NCBI RefSeq assembly: GCF_001194135.2
Contig: NC_068985.1
Location: 48,406,055-48,470,054, forward strand
From: Octopus bimaculoides
Taxonomy: Eukaryota
Reading direction: 5' to 3'
DNA: 64,000 bases
Position 1 is the first letter of the stretch. The number at the start of each line of letters is the position of its first letter. A program made the position numbers and the translations under genes. The notes below the pieces were generated by a model. The model made no database searches, had not been told where the DNA came from, and saw only the letters and a list, made by a program, of their open reading frames with translations. This document shows positions 51,863 through 63,788 of the stretch, piece by piece.

Positions 51863-52115
51863 AAGGTGCTTAGCCAAGTGGTTAAGGTTCTGCTCCCGGA
51901 TTGGGTGGTGCGTTGTGTTCTTGAACAAAACACGTCATTTATAATTGTTCCAGTTCGCTCGGCTGTAAATGGGTAAGGTTATGACGGAATAGTCTTCCAA
52001 TCAGGTGGAATGTTAGCTCGGTCGCTTAACTAGCCAGCTGGCATCATTCGAATGCTAAAACAATACGAACCGCATTGTGACAAGCGATGTATAACGATAT
52101 CTGATAATCCGGTCA
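51863..52115 (+). mobile_element. Degenerate CORE-like SINE (family E)
   Basis: tagccaagtggttaagg head, then gcgttgtgttcttgaacaaaacac...ttccagttcgctcggctgtaaatggg (CORE-domain-like). Confidence 0.55.
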
Positions 52116-52151
52116 ATACCATGATACATACATACAAACATACAAAGTCTA

Positions 52152-52214
<63 letters not shown>

Positions 52215-52227
52215 GATAGGTAAATAG

Positions 52228-52282
<55 letters not shown>

Positions 52283-53318
52283 CAGAGCTGAATAAATGGA
52301 TAGATGCATAGGTTTTTCTGCATATCTAAACATACATATCAATTGCTATTAGCTAACGGACTTCTACTTTCTACATTTATTGTTATAGTGATATTCCGAA
52401 GATATTAATATGTTTTCCCTTTTTATAATACACACTTATACGCATACCAACACGTAGCCTTAGTTACATACCTATGNNNNNNNNNNNNNNNNNNNNNNNN
52501 NNNNNNNNNNNNNNNNNNNNNNNNNNNNNNNNNNNNNNNNNNNNNNNNNNNNNNNNNNNNNNNNNNNNNNNNNNNNNNNNNNNNNNNNNNNNNNNNNNNN
52601 NNNNNNNNNNNNNNNNNNNNNNNNNNNNNNNNNNNNNNNNNNNNNNNNNNNNNNNNNNNNNNNNNNNNNNNNNNNNNNNNNNNNNNNNNNNNNNNNNNNN
52701 NNNNNNNNNNNNNNNNNNNNNNNNNNNNNNNNNNNNNNNNNNNNNNNNNNNNNNNNNNNNNNNNNNNNNNNNNNNNNNNNNNNNNNNNNNNNNNNNNNNN
52801 NNNNNNNNNNNNNNNNNNNNNNNNNNNNNNNNNNNNNNNNNNNNNNNNNNNNNNNNNNNNNNNNNNNNNNNNNNNNNNNNNNNNNNNNNNNNNNNNNNNN
52901 NNNNNNNNATATATATATATATATATATATATACAAATATATACATACATGTGTGTATGTATGTGTATTTACGGATTTGTATGTATAAATGTGTATAGTG
53001 CGTCAGACAGTAAAATTCAAAACGCAGTCGTATTAATTTTATCCGGTATAAATTCATATCTTTCTCTTCTTTATATTGAAACCAATATATTTAATATTTA
53101 CACTACGCCTTCTAAAACTCAATCTAATCGATTTATGTAATTTCGAAATTGGTCAGTTATATTTTTTTATCATATTAAATAACTCGTAATGATGAATAGC
53201 GAAATGAAATTCTAGAAATTTCCTTCAAATTTTCGCGTAAATTAATCTCTTCTTCACAATGTGCATGTTAGAGGACTATTTCACAGTCTCTAGTTGCTTT
53301 CATTAATATCATTACTAT

Positions 53319-53392
<74 letters not shown>

Positions 53393-53723
53393 NNNNNNNN
53401 NNTCTATATATTTACCAATATGCAAATATATATACTTCGTTTTTGTATCTGGTTTGCAAGAATCTTTCTGTGTGTGTATGTGTGTGTCGAGGTGTGCGTG
53501 TGTGTGTTTTGGTATGTGTGTGTATGCCTGTATGTGTGTGAGCGTGTGCCTGTACTTCTGAATGCATTTAGAGATACTTACAGAGGCATACACACACACA
53601 AATATAAATATACAGTCTATATATTTACCAATATGCAAATATATATACTTCGTTTTTGTATCTGGTTTGCAAGAATCTTTCTGTGTGTGTATGTATACAT
53701 ACATGCGTACATGTATAAATATC

Positions 53724-53755
<32 letters not shown>

Positions 53756-54237
53756 AATACATATAATATTTATAAATATATATATGCATATATACATACA
53801 TATATGCACTTATATAGTATTTATATTATATGTTTGAACGCCACGCATCCATTTCCAAGTAAGTTCATAGATATGTGTGTGTTTGTGTGTGTGTTTGTGT
53901 GTTTGTGTGTGTGTGGTGGGGGTGTCTGTTTGCGTATACGCGCGCGTACGTGCTCAAGTTTGTATGAATCTAAGCAAAACTATGATGCAATTTTTTAATT
54001 ATTGCTTCTTATTTCTTACTCTTCTGTAGTTGTCGCAACTACTGATATTAGCAGCAACAACAACACCAGCAACAACAGCGACTATAATACTTATAATGGT
54101 AATAATGTTAATAAAAATGAATACGGAATATAAAATGATGTTGGAGAAGTGATAACAAGAGATCGTACGAAATAGAGATTGATGATTCGAATGGGAAATA
54201 GCCAACACCATAATAGGGATTTTTTTAAAAAGCAATA

Positions 54238-54276
<39 letters not shown>

Positions 54277-55115
54277 TATATATATNNNNNNNNNNNNNNN
54301 NNNNNNNNNNNNNNNNNNNNNNNNNNNNNNNNNNNNNNNNNNNNNNNNNNNNNNNNNNNNNNNNNNNNNNNNNNNNNNNNNNNNNNNNNNNNNNNNNNNN
54401 NNNNNNNNNNNNNNNNNNNNNNNNNNNNNNNNNNNNNNNNNNNNNNNNNNNNNNNNNNNNNNNNNNNNNNNNNNNNNNNNNNNNNNNNNNNNNNNNNNNN
54501 NNNNNNNNNNNNNNNNNNNNNNNNNNNNNNNNNNNNNNNNNNNNNNNNNNNNNNNNNNNNNNNNNNNNNNNNNNNNNNNNNNNNNNNNNNNNNNNNNNNN
54601 NNNNNNNNNNNNNNNNNNNNNNNNNNNNNNNNNNNNNNNNNNNNNNNNNNNNNNNNNNNNNNNNNNNNNNNNNNNNNNNNNNNNNNNNNNNNNNNNNNNN
54701 NNNNNNNNNNNNNNNNNNNNNNNNNNNNNNNNNNNNNNNNNNNNNNNNNNNNNNNNNNNNNNNNNNNNNNNNNNNNNNNNNNNNNNNNNNNNNNNNNNNN
54801 NNNNNNNNNNNNNNNNNNNNNNNNNNNNNNNNNNNNNNNNNNNNNNNNNNNNNNNNNNNNNNNNNNNNNNNNNNNNNNNNNNNNNNNNNNNNNNNNNNNN
54901 NNNNNNNNNNNNNNNNNNNNNNNNNNNNNNNNNNNNNNNNNNNNNNNNNNGTATGTATGTATGCATGTATGTATGTATGTATGTATGAATATATGAATGT
55001 ATGTATGTATGTATATATGTAAGTGAATGTTTATCATCCGTGTTTTATATACTGGTTTTCCTTTTTGTAATTTTACTGGCACTTATTAATGACCAAGTTT
55101 GTGACGCTGGAATGT

Positions 55116-55200
<85 letters not shown>

Positions 55201-55205
55201 TGGCG

Positions 55206-55260
<55 letters not shown>

Positions 55261-55563
55261 TAGCAGCAGCAGGAGTTATTACATAGAAAATTAAAGTTTC
55301 AACCATTCAGCTATACGATACGTTCATCTCATCCACCTTTCAGAAAATGCATTGGAAAGCGGCAAACAGTTTTTCTTCAATCTCATATTCATTTTCATGT
55401 TTGACTTGACAAAACTAGTATAAAGTTGCCATAAAAAAAACGACTCTCTTTTTCTCCTCAGCCTCCGAAATCTTATTGACCATATTTGTTCTTTTTGTCA
55501 TTAGATTTAGGAAAACATTTCGAACTTGTTTGTCAAACGAAAACAACGGTGCAGTTTTCACAG

Positions 55564-55616
55564 CTGTATCAGGAACGGTTGTTCGGGATGTCTTCATATG
55601 TCTATGATGTCTCGAC
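55564..55616 (+). CDS. Candidate plus-strand internal exon (53 nt, phase 0 to 2)
   Basis: Acceptor gcagttttcacag|, donor AC|gtaaag; reads LYQERLFGMSSYVYDVS. Confidence 0.2.
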
Positions 55617-55761
55617 GTAAAGCGAGTTTATGTTGGATGGTTTTGTAAGTCCGTGTATTTCTACAGTGTCCGGCTGACAGCATTCTTCTTTTAATAGAGT
55701 TATAGCTGTCATGAGAAAGCTAGTCAGAAAATATATGTATTACAATTTATGTGTATTTAAT

Positions 55762-56142
55762 GAGTGGAGGCGCAATGGTCCAGTGGATAGGGCAGCGGTC
55801 ATAGGATCGCGGTTTCGATTCCCAGACCGGGCGTTGTGAGTGTCTATTGAGCGAAAACATCTAAAGCTCCACGAGGCTCCGGCAGGGGATGATGGCGAAC
55901 CCTGCTGTACTCTTCCACAACAACTTTCTCTCACTCTTACTTCCTGTTTCTGTTGTACTTGTATTTCAAAGGGCCAGCCTTGTCAAACTGTGTCACGCTG
56001 AATATCCCCGAGAACTACGTTAAGAGTACACGTGTCAGTGGAATGGCCAGCCACTAGCACGTTAATTTCACGAGCAGGCTGTTCTGTTGATCGGATCAAC
56101 TGGAACGCTCGACGTCGAAAGCGACGGAGTGCCAACAACAAC
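55762..56142 (+). mobile_element. tRNA-derived SINE family D, full length with TSD
   Basis: A-box tggtccagtggatag, B-box ggtttcgattccc, tail (caa)n; exact 9-bp TSD gtatttaat at 55753-55761 and 56143-56151. Confidence 0.9.
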
Positions 56143-57584
56143 GTATTTAATTATATATTAATGTTTGAATGCATCATGGTTTACAATTGTGTGATTGTGT
56201 AGGTCATAAATTTTCCCCACCCACCTTAAGAAATGCTTTACCTTCGATTCTAAACTCACCTTTATTCCCACCTACTCACAATACGTTACTCTTCACTAAT
56301 AGTATTTTTGTGTTTCGTTCATGATTTCCACCTAACCGCCCTTCTGTCTGTTCGCATTAATTTAAGCTGTCATCTCATCATACTTAACTTTCTCTTTTAG
56401 CGGTTGTATGACGTATGTATCTATATTTCTATCTTCACGCCTGTTTGATCCTTCCTCGTTCCTGGTGTATTCTTAGTTTCTCACTTTGTAGCACATTTTT
56501 GTAGTTGTCTGATTAGGTGTAAACCATCGAGACATGTTCGTAGCCGTCATCTTGACAGATAAAAAAGACCACATTTTTTGCCCGAAGCATAAAACTCAAT
56601 TTTCTCTGAAATTAATTCACAATTTCTTGAAGAAATTATCTCTTCCATTGTTGTAGAATTGCAAACCGTTACTGGCATGATCTCTTTTTATCTTTCACTA
56701 TTTCTGAAGTACATTTCTAGTCATTAAAACAGTTCTTGTGCTATGAATCACATGACCAACTACTTGTACTTTATAATATATGAAGTTATGTTATCTTTGT
56801 GTCGGGTAAATGTAAGAATATATGCATATATTTGTGTGTGTGTGTATGTGGATATATAATATGTATCTATGTGTCTGTACGTGTGCGTGTGTACGTGTTT
56901 GTGTGTGTGTATATGTATGTGTGTGTGTATACATATGTTTGTGTGTCTATACATGTCTGTGTGCGCAATCTGTTGCCGAGTGATCTCTCAATTTGTCCTT
57001 AGTTCAATAACTAAAACCAGTAAAAGTCTCTATATATATATGTATAAAGAGGCAATTATGCGGATATTAAATATAACAGTTTGCGTATGAAATACAGAGA
57101 AAGTATATATGTATACATGCAAAACTACAGAAAGCAAAAAGTGGAGAATTTCAGACGATTAATATTTAAGTATAAATATATAGATATATATATTAATAGA
57201 TCAACTTCCAGAGAATACAAACGACAGAGAAAATTTAAAGTGTTATAAGTCAAATAGCTGTTTCTGAGGTGCTCGGAGATCCATCGTAATGTTGGTAGAT
57301 GTAGTTCATCACAATATGCGGCCGGAATGGAAGCAATCAACATTGGATAAGACAAGTCTCCGTCATCAGGTTAGAAAAGATCTTACATTTCGGATCTAAA
57401 ATGCAGAGAAGTTCAATGATAGAATGATTAAATGTGGAGACCTAGCTTTATTAGAGCGAAGAAGTAGGAGGAACTGGTATTTTATATACCGACAACCCCT
57501 CAAATATAAATGGCAACGTTGATTTAACCCCAAGGAAGGTCAGAGCGAAGGGAACCAAAAAGAGTTCCACCAGTTATTCTATAC

Positions 57585-57656
<72 letters not shown>

Positions 57657-57771
57657 GCCTGTCTCTCCCTCTCCCGCTCTCTATTACCGGTTCTGAAAAT
57701 TCTTCATATTCTTATTACGCTGGTATGGTTCAGATGGCGATCAAGTGGTTCCAGTTGTTTCTTGTCTACAG

Positions 57772-57839
57772 CAAAGATCAGGCGGACTTTTTCAGAAAAG
57801 CAGAAAGAACGCGTTTGTTAACATGATTATAATACGTTG
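57772..57839 (+). CDS. Candidate plus-strand internal exon (68 nt, phase 0 to 2)
   Basis: Acceptor ttgtttcttgtctacag|, donor TTG|gtaagc; only one open frame, QRSGGLFQKSRKNAFVNMIIIR. Confidence 0.25.
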
Positions 57840-58317
57840 GTAAGCTAGCCTTTCGTAACTGAGTTACTTTCGTTGAGTAGGATCTGGATATATTCTACGA
57901 GTAAAAGTGGCAGTGAGCGAAATATTTCAGATATGATGCAATCTGTGTCGCAGTTTTTGTGCAACTTCCATAATGAATCCTACGTGGAGTATTTACTTAC
58001 CCTAAAGAAAATATATAGTTACCGTAATGTAACTATGGCAATGTTGACTTTGTTAAGGTAACAAAGTGATTACGTACTGGATTTTGAGAAGTAGGATATG
58101 CAGTGACATTTTTGTTTTTAGAAATATTTTCGTGTTGTTGATGGTGAGATAGAAAGTAGTACAATGTTTTTGTCGCCGTATGTGTAGTAATTGCGTTTTG
58201 GTACTGTTGAAGTAGCTCGGTTACTTAGTGCATTCAATCTGTGACCATTCAAATTTTTACCATTTTTTTTTCATGTCTAGTTTACATTGGGCAACGATAT
58301 TTATTATACTGTTTGTG

Positions 58318-58540
58318 TTAAGACAACTGAATTAAATTTATGTGGAGTTTCGACAAACTAGGATTCGTTAACTCAAAAACAGCGTTGTAGATCCAGAGTT
58401 CCCAGGCGTCCTTGTTGCCGGTATCCAGAGAAAACACGTGATAGACAAAGAAAGTAGGTTCTACGTAGTAATGCCCTCCACTCGCCAGAAAGTTGTTTGA
58501 ATACCGTGTGCAACATTGACGGAAGAGATGGGTATAATAT
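58318..58540 (-). CDS. Candidate terminal coding exon of a minus-strand gene, unknown product
   Basis: Acceptor aacctttcattttag|A (phase 2). 73 open codons YYTHLFRQCCTRYSNNFLASGGHYYVEPTFFVYHVFSLDTGNKDAWELWIYNAVFELTNPSLSKLHINLIQLS*. Locally GC-rich with protein-like composition; AATAAA about 13 nt past the stop. Confidence 0.6.
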
Positions 58541-59175
58541 CTAAAATGAAAGGTTTGTTTCTCGAAAATTTACAAAATGGGGTTCCCGTAACTAGGGGGA
58601 GGGGTGCGGGGCGTGATGTGAACTTCTGCATTTTAGAAGGAGACGAGGAATAAAGTGAAGTTAGAACAGTAGTCTACGGACGTCGAAGTAAATAGAAATT
58701 ATGTCTGACATCACGTTCTTCGGTGCCTACGTGACGGAGACATTTTTCTCTGTGCGTTCGATTGCGTACATGTGTGTCACCAGCTGTTTCTACAAGTTTC
58801 ACTATGTAAAAGATGAATATTTTATTGAGATTTTGTAATATTATTTTTTAATATAGGAACTGTCATTTTACTATGTTATATTCTTTATTGACCTGTCAGT
58901 TCATAATCGCACCAATTATTTTCCAATAAATTAGATATAAATATCTAGTTCTGATTGTGTATGTATTGTGTCGTTAAAATTGGAGTTTTATTCGGCAGTT
59001 ATCCACTTGAATTCAGCAGTGCACAAATGTAATCTATATTATTATTAAATATGTTTTCTGACTTTCTATGTCTATCGGCCTATTTATGTAACTGATGCAA
59101 GCATTTTATAACTTAAAACATGACCTTAGCTAAATTTACATGGACATTTATATGCAGAAAGATCGCGTTTGTGCC

Positions 59176-59194
59176 ACACACACAGACACTCACT

Positions 59195-59290
<96 letters not shown>

Positions 59291-59318
59291 CATACACACG
59301 CACATACACACACACACA
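59176..59318. repeat. (CA)n microsatellite
   Basis: Directly visible. Confidence 0.97.
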
Positions 59319-59892
59319 GATTGGCTCATGTGTGCAGTACTGAACAGAATATTGAAAGTTAAACAACCAGATGTGACTCATGTCTCGTTGTTTAATACAA
59401 ATTCAACCATGATGGCGTGGTAGAAACACTAGATAGAATTACCAGATCAGCTGTACTAGATAATAATACACATGTTACTATTCAGGGAATTCAGACATGC
59501 GCTGGTTTTATTATGGATAGTTTGTGATGGAATTAGGATATGTTACGTTGTTTCATTCGCGTGTGTTAGTGACAAGGGCGAGATCGGGTATTTAAAGACG
59601 CAACATGCAATTGTAAAAACTAACAGCCATATAATTGGAGTATGGTAAATATAGCATGCATCTACGCTATTTACAAGCAACGATCTCAAAGTCAACAAAG
59701 ATGACTTTCTTACATAGATTTCTCTATTGATCTGAAATGTCAACTATGAACAAGGCGATTCAAATTTGTTTTGGTGATACGTTCACCAAGCTTCACATAG
59801 AGACACAAAAACATTTCATGGAATGAACACAAGATCAAAGTGGACACAATTCATCAATCAGTACTAATGTTACTCAAAGTCTACTTCTAATA

Positions 59893-59958
59893 AGGAATAG
59901 AGATGAGGAAAAGCTAATGAGGAATAGAGATGAGGAGAAACTAATGAGGAATAGAGAT
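59893..59958 (+). repeat. 27-bp tandem repeat, about 2.4 copies
   Basis: aggaatagagatgaggaaaagctaatg / aggaatagagatgaggagaaactaatg / aggaatagagat. Confidence 0.9.
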
Positions 59959-60540
59959 TTCTTGCGCGATGCGGTTAAAAACAACACGACCGCAGTTGGT
60001 TAAAGATGATACTCTGTCTGTCTCTTGCAATGATAAAAAAATATCTACATTCGTATTTAAGCTGTTATTTAAATTCATCTCAGATGTACATTCTTTGCCT
60101 GTCATTCATGCAGAAAATGCTACTGCTCACGAAGTGCCTTTGAAAGACTTGAATAAATACTTGAACGCGGTAGATTTTAATGACGTTCTGCGTGTTGATT
60201 AGATGTAGAGGACAACATCAGAAAACACAGGCGTTCCACATTACGTTCAAAGCATAGTCATATTCCACATATATCTTTGCCCTAACTTAAGTCTCAGTAG
60301 AATAGCCACGAAAAAGTATGACGAGTTTAGCTTCAACCCAAGTTCATTGAAGAAGTATGTGTCGATCCAAAAGTGTTGCAGAAAACACTTAACCAAGATA
60401 GCATGAAGCAAAGAGAATTTCTTATTCTTTAATACACGCACGCACGCAGGCACACAAACAAATACACACACACACACACAGGTATATATATATATCTTTG
60501 TGAATATATGTATATGTGTGTGTAAGTGAATACATATATA

Positions 60541-60720
60541 TGGTAGGCATCCGTCGGTCTCGGGAGATCATGGATTTGCGCCTGGAGAATTTATGTTGGT
60601 TACTGTGATGCAGTACTGCACGTAATCGCGTACAAGCCCACATGTAGCGACAGCATTCAAAGAAGCTCTTCACCGGCGCTACTGACTTAACCGTTCTTCG
60701 AGTGCGCAACAAACGCGGAT
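60541..60720 (+). mobile_element. GC-rich repeat fragment resembling the 5' end of an RTE-type element
   Basis: ggtaggcatccgtcggtctcgggagatcatggatttgcgcctgga resembles RTE 5' leaders as I recall them; not verified. Confidence 0.3.
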
Positions 60721-61389
60721 AGATAAATGCGTACAGACAAACTGAATGACAGAAAAGCAGACAGACACTCTTCTATTTAAATGGAAATCACTGAGAAATA
60801 CTCTTCAGATACAGAGAAATGACGCAGTGCGAATGAATTAATAAATTAATTACTTAATGAAAGAATGAATGATCGAATAAATGTATAAATGAATAAATGA
60901 ATGAACGTGGCATCAAGCCACGTACTTGGTAAAAGACCTAAAAGTACCAATCATAGAAATCAATTTGAGTCACAGACGAACGAATGAGATCGAATGCGCA
61001 ATCACCGGATATTATTTACACTCAGCACTTCCGTCTCTTTATGATAGCAGTTAGCAAATTTACTTGTAATTTAAACCTAAAGGAAAATTGCAGATCTCTG
61101 TGTGTTGTTGGTATGTTTGAAATGACTGTCTTTGTCTCTAGAGTGGTTCGCCTTTTCTTAGTCTCAGCTTGTCCAAGTAGTCAAATCAATTTCCTCTCTC
61201 TATTTCTAAGTTTTCATATATATTACTCATTTCAGCTTAATTTCACAAATATGATATACCTAACAACACGCATATACAGAGATACGCATACACACACGCA
61301 CACATACACACATGCACATAAACACGCCACACACACACACACGTACACATACACGTGGACTTACACATGCGTACGTTACTCTCTCGCTC

Positions 61390-61440
<51 letters not shown>

Positions 61441-61453
61441 GTATGTATGTATC

Positions 61454-61800
61454 CTAGCAGATATACCCGGCGTTGTCCGGGTTAAATAGAATAATGAAAT
61501 TTACAAACGCTGTCTAGATTACGCAAGTCTCAATTGCTAGTAGCTGAGATACCAGCTTTCTACATTAATAACTTTGCAACGCATGACAGCATGGAACAGA
61601 AACGTTAAGTGAAATGTTAAATGGTAAAATGTTTTCAACTCTAATATGTATTTAAATTAAATACACGTAATTGAAAAACACGTCTTGTGTAGCTTATTTT
61701 GTAACCAAAAAAACAAGTACATATTATAAAAAATGAAAGGCCGATTTTGGTGATTCATTTGACATAGGTGGTAGAGAGCCAATCCGATAATAAATCTCAT
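61454..61800 (-). mobile_element. Helitron-like 3' terminus
   Basis: On the minus strand: hairpin CCCGG-N6-CCGGG (61466-61481), 8-nt spacer, then CTAG (61454-61457). The extent of the element body is uncertain. Confidence 0.6.
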
Positions 61801-61929
61801 CTTGTATCTTGACAGTTTGCTTGAATCAAGGCTCAGTTAAATCTCTTGTGGCTCCAAACGGTTTCATTTGTAGTGCAGCGTTGTATTGTCTACTTCTGTT
61901 TTGGAAATGCTTGGAATCTTGGTCAGTTG

Positions 61930-62420
61930 ATGACAACAGTTATTTCAATTCGATTTGAACTAGGTGAGTCAATATTGTTTGCTTCCTAACACTAAACAAG
62001 AACGATGATTCACGGGCACTTTGAGATGGATCTGACTCGACGGTGGCTTTCAGTTCGTCATTATCGACCTTTGCTTTTGGTCGACCACGTTGCTCATTTG
62101 TGAGGTCAAAGTTACCAGAACGAAATTTTGCAAACCAATTTGATACTGTCTGCTATGTAATAACATTAGAATGAAATACTCCATTGATATTGCGAGCTGT
62201 CTATGATTCAGTATTTCCAAGAAAGAATTCATATTTCAAAAGTGTACGAATTTCCGACTTATCCATCTCTAAACAAAAATAGCAGAAAACGATTTATCAA
62301 TACTTTATAAAGCGCAGAATGATTTAGAATAAAAACGAATAGATGTGTTAACTTTCTAACAAAAAATAGAGGTTCTCAAAATATAATAACGGCGCAAAAT
62401 GAGCAGGTGTCTAAGTTTAA
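61930..62420 (-). mobile_element. Mariner transposase 5' remnant, third lineage (Hsmar1/Mos1-like N-terminus)
   Basis: ATG at 62266: MDKSEIRTLLKYEFFLGNTES*TARNINGVFHSNVIT*QTVSNWFAKFRSGNFDLTNEQRGRPKAKVDNDELKATVESDPSQSARE. Confidence 0.9.
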
Positions 62421-63112
62421 CATACACCGTACTACAAATTTCATACTTGTCAACCTANNNNNNNNNNNNNNNNNNNNNNNNNNNNNNNNNNNNNNNNNNN
62501 NNNNNNNNNNNNNNNNNNNNNNNNNNNNNNNNNNNNNNNNNNNNNNNNNNNNNNNNNNNNNNNNNNNNNNNNNNNNNNNNNNNNNNNNNNNNNNNNNNNN
62601 NNNNNNNNNNNNNNNNNNNNNNNNNNNNNNNNNNNNNNNNNNNNNNNNNNNNNNNNNNNNNNNNNNNNNNNNNNNNNNNNNNNNNNNNNNNNNNNNNNNN
62701 NNNNNNNNNNNNNNNNNNNNNNNNNNNNNNNNNNNNNNNNNNNNNNNNNNNNNNNNNNNNNNNNNNNNNNNNNNNNNNNNNNNNNNNNNNNNNNNNNNNN
62801 NNNNNNNNNNNNNNNNNNNNNNNNNNNNNNNNNNNNNNNNNNNNNNNNNNNNNNNNNNNNNNNNNNNNNNNNNNNNNNNNNNNNNNNNNNNNNNNNNNNN
62901 NNNNNNNNNNNNNNNNNNNNNNNNNNNNNNNNNNNNNNNNNNNNNNNNNNNNNNNNNNNNNNNNNNNNNNNNNNNNNNNNNNNNNNNNNNNNNNNNNNNN
63001 NNNNNNNNNNNNNNNNNNNNNNNNNNNNNNNNNNNNNNNNNNNNNNNNNNNNNNNNNNNNNNNNNNNNNNNNNNNNNNNNNNNNNNNNNNNNNNNNNNNN
63101 NNNNNNNNNNNN

Positions 63113-63144
<32 letters not shown>

Positions 63145-63742
63145 CTTAAGTCGCTTAATGTTATCAGTTAAGATTGCGCTTTTCAATAGCAATATCTGGT
63201 TTATTATATTAAACAAATAACAAACAACTAAATAGTGATACATTAATTTTGATAACATCAGAAGATTGACAAAAAAATTATCCGCGCACAGAATAAGTTG
63301 CTTCCACCATGTATTGTGTGTGTTTATGTGCGTGTATGCATATATGTGTGCGTGTGCGCACGTGTGTGTGTAGATACGCCTGTGCTTGTGCGTATATGTA
63401 TATATGTGCGAAAACTATTTCTACCTGTATATTAAGTAAACTTTTTCTCTGTTCATGTACATCTGTTAATATTTTGGTATATTATAAATCAAGCTAGGAA
63501 GAACTTCAGACAGACCACATTATAAATGAAATTTATCGGTTATATCCTAACAGTATAGGTAAATCTAACATAAGCATATATATTCATTTATACATGAACA
63601 TAGCATAAGTGAGAAAATATCAGAAATAGTTATTGCAAGATACAAACAATATGTCTACATTTGATTTGTCATTGTGTTAAATTTGCGCAGCAATATTTTC
63701 ACTATATCATATGGTTAATATTTATATTTTATGCTCTGTTGC

Positions 63743-63788
<46 letters not shown>

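Larger units (their letters stand above)
5576..63112. other. Thirteen assembly gaps, nearly all bounded by microsatellites
   Basis: N runs at about 5576-5585, 11408-11417, 19811-19884, 21532-21647, 26354-26608, 28704-29197, 32504-33322, 45457-45965, 50741-51270, 52477-52908, 53393-53402, 54287-54950, 62458-63112. Confidence 0.95.

Noticed and set aside
53403-53690. ~75-bp duplication (53403 and 53616)
   Set aside because: The first copy starts exactly at a 10-N gap; cannot be distinguished from an assembly artefact.
57772-57830. Anoctamin-like DFFRKAERTRLL in an alternative frame
   Set aside because: Stop codon follows immediately, before the donor site.
57990-58015. Minus-strand ttttctttag|G|gtaagt, a formal 1-nt exon
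   Set aside because: Adjacent acceptor and donor look-alikes are expected by chance in AT-rich DNA; no support.
58440-58480. Resemblance of HYYVEPTFFVY to MYST (YYDVEPFLFY), KY/hillarin or GT49 motifs
   Set aside because: Register and flanking residues do not match any of these; no symbol assigned.
21388-63258. ORFs of 130-417 aa containing X runs
   Set aside because: They read through N gaps, so their length is an artefact.
3336-63497. Long low-complexity ORFs (poly-I/Y, H/T, C/V, L, K, D, S, R)
   Set aside because: Direct translations of di-, tri- and tetranucleotide microsatellites; open in several frames and on both strands.
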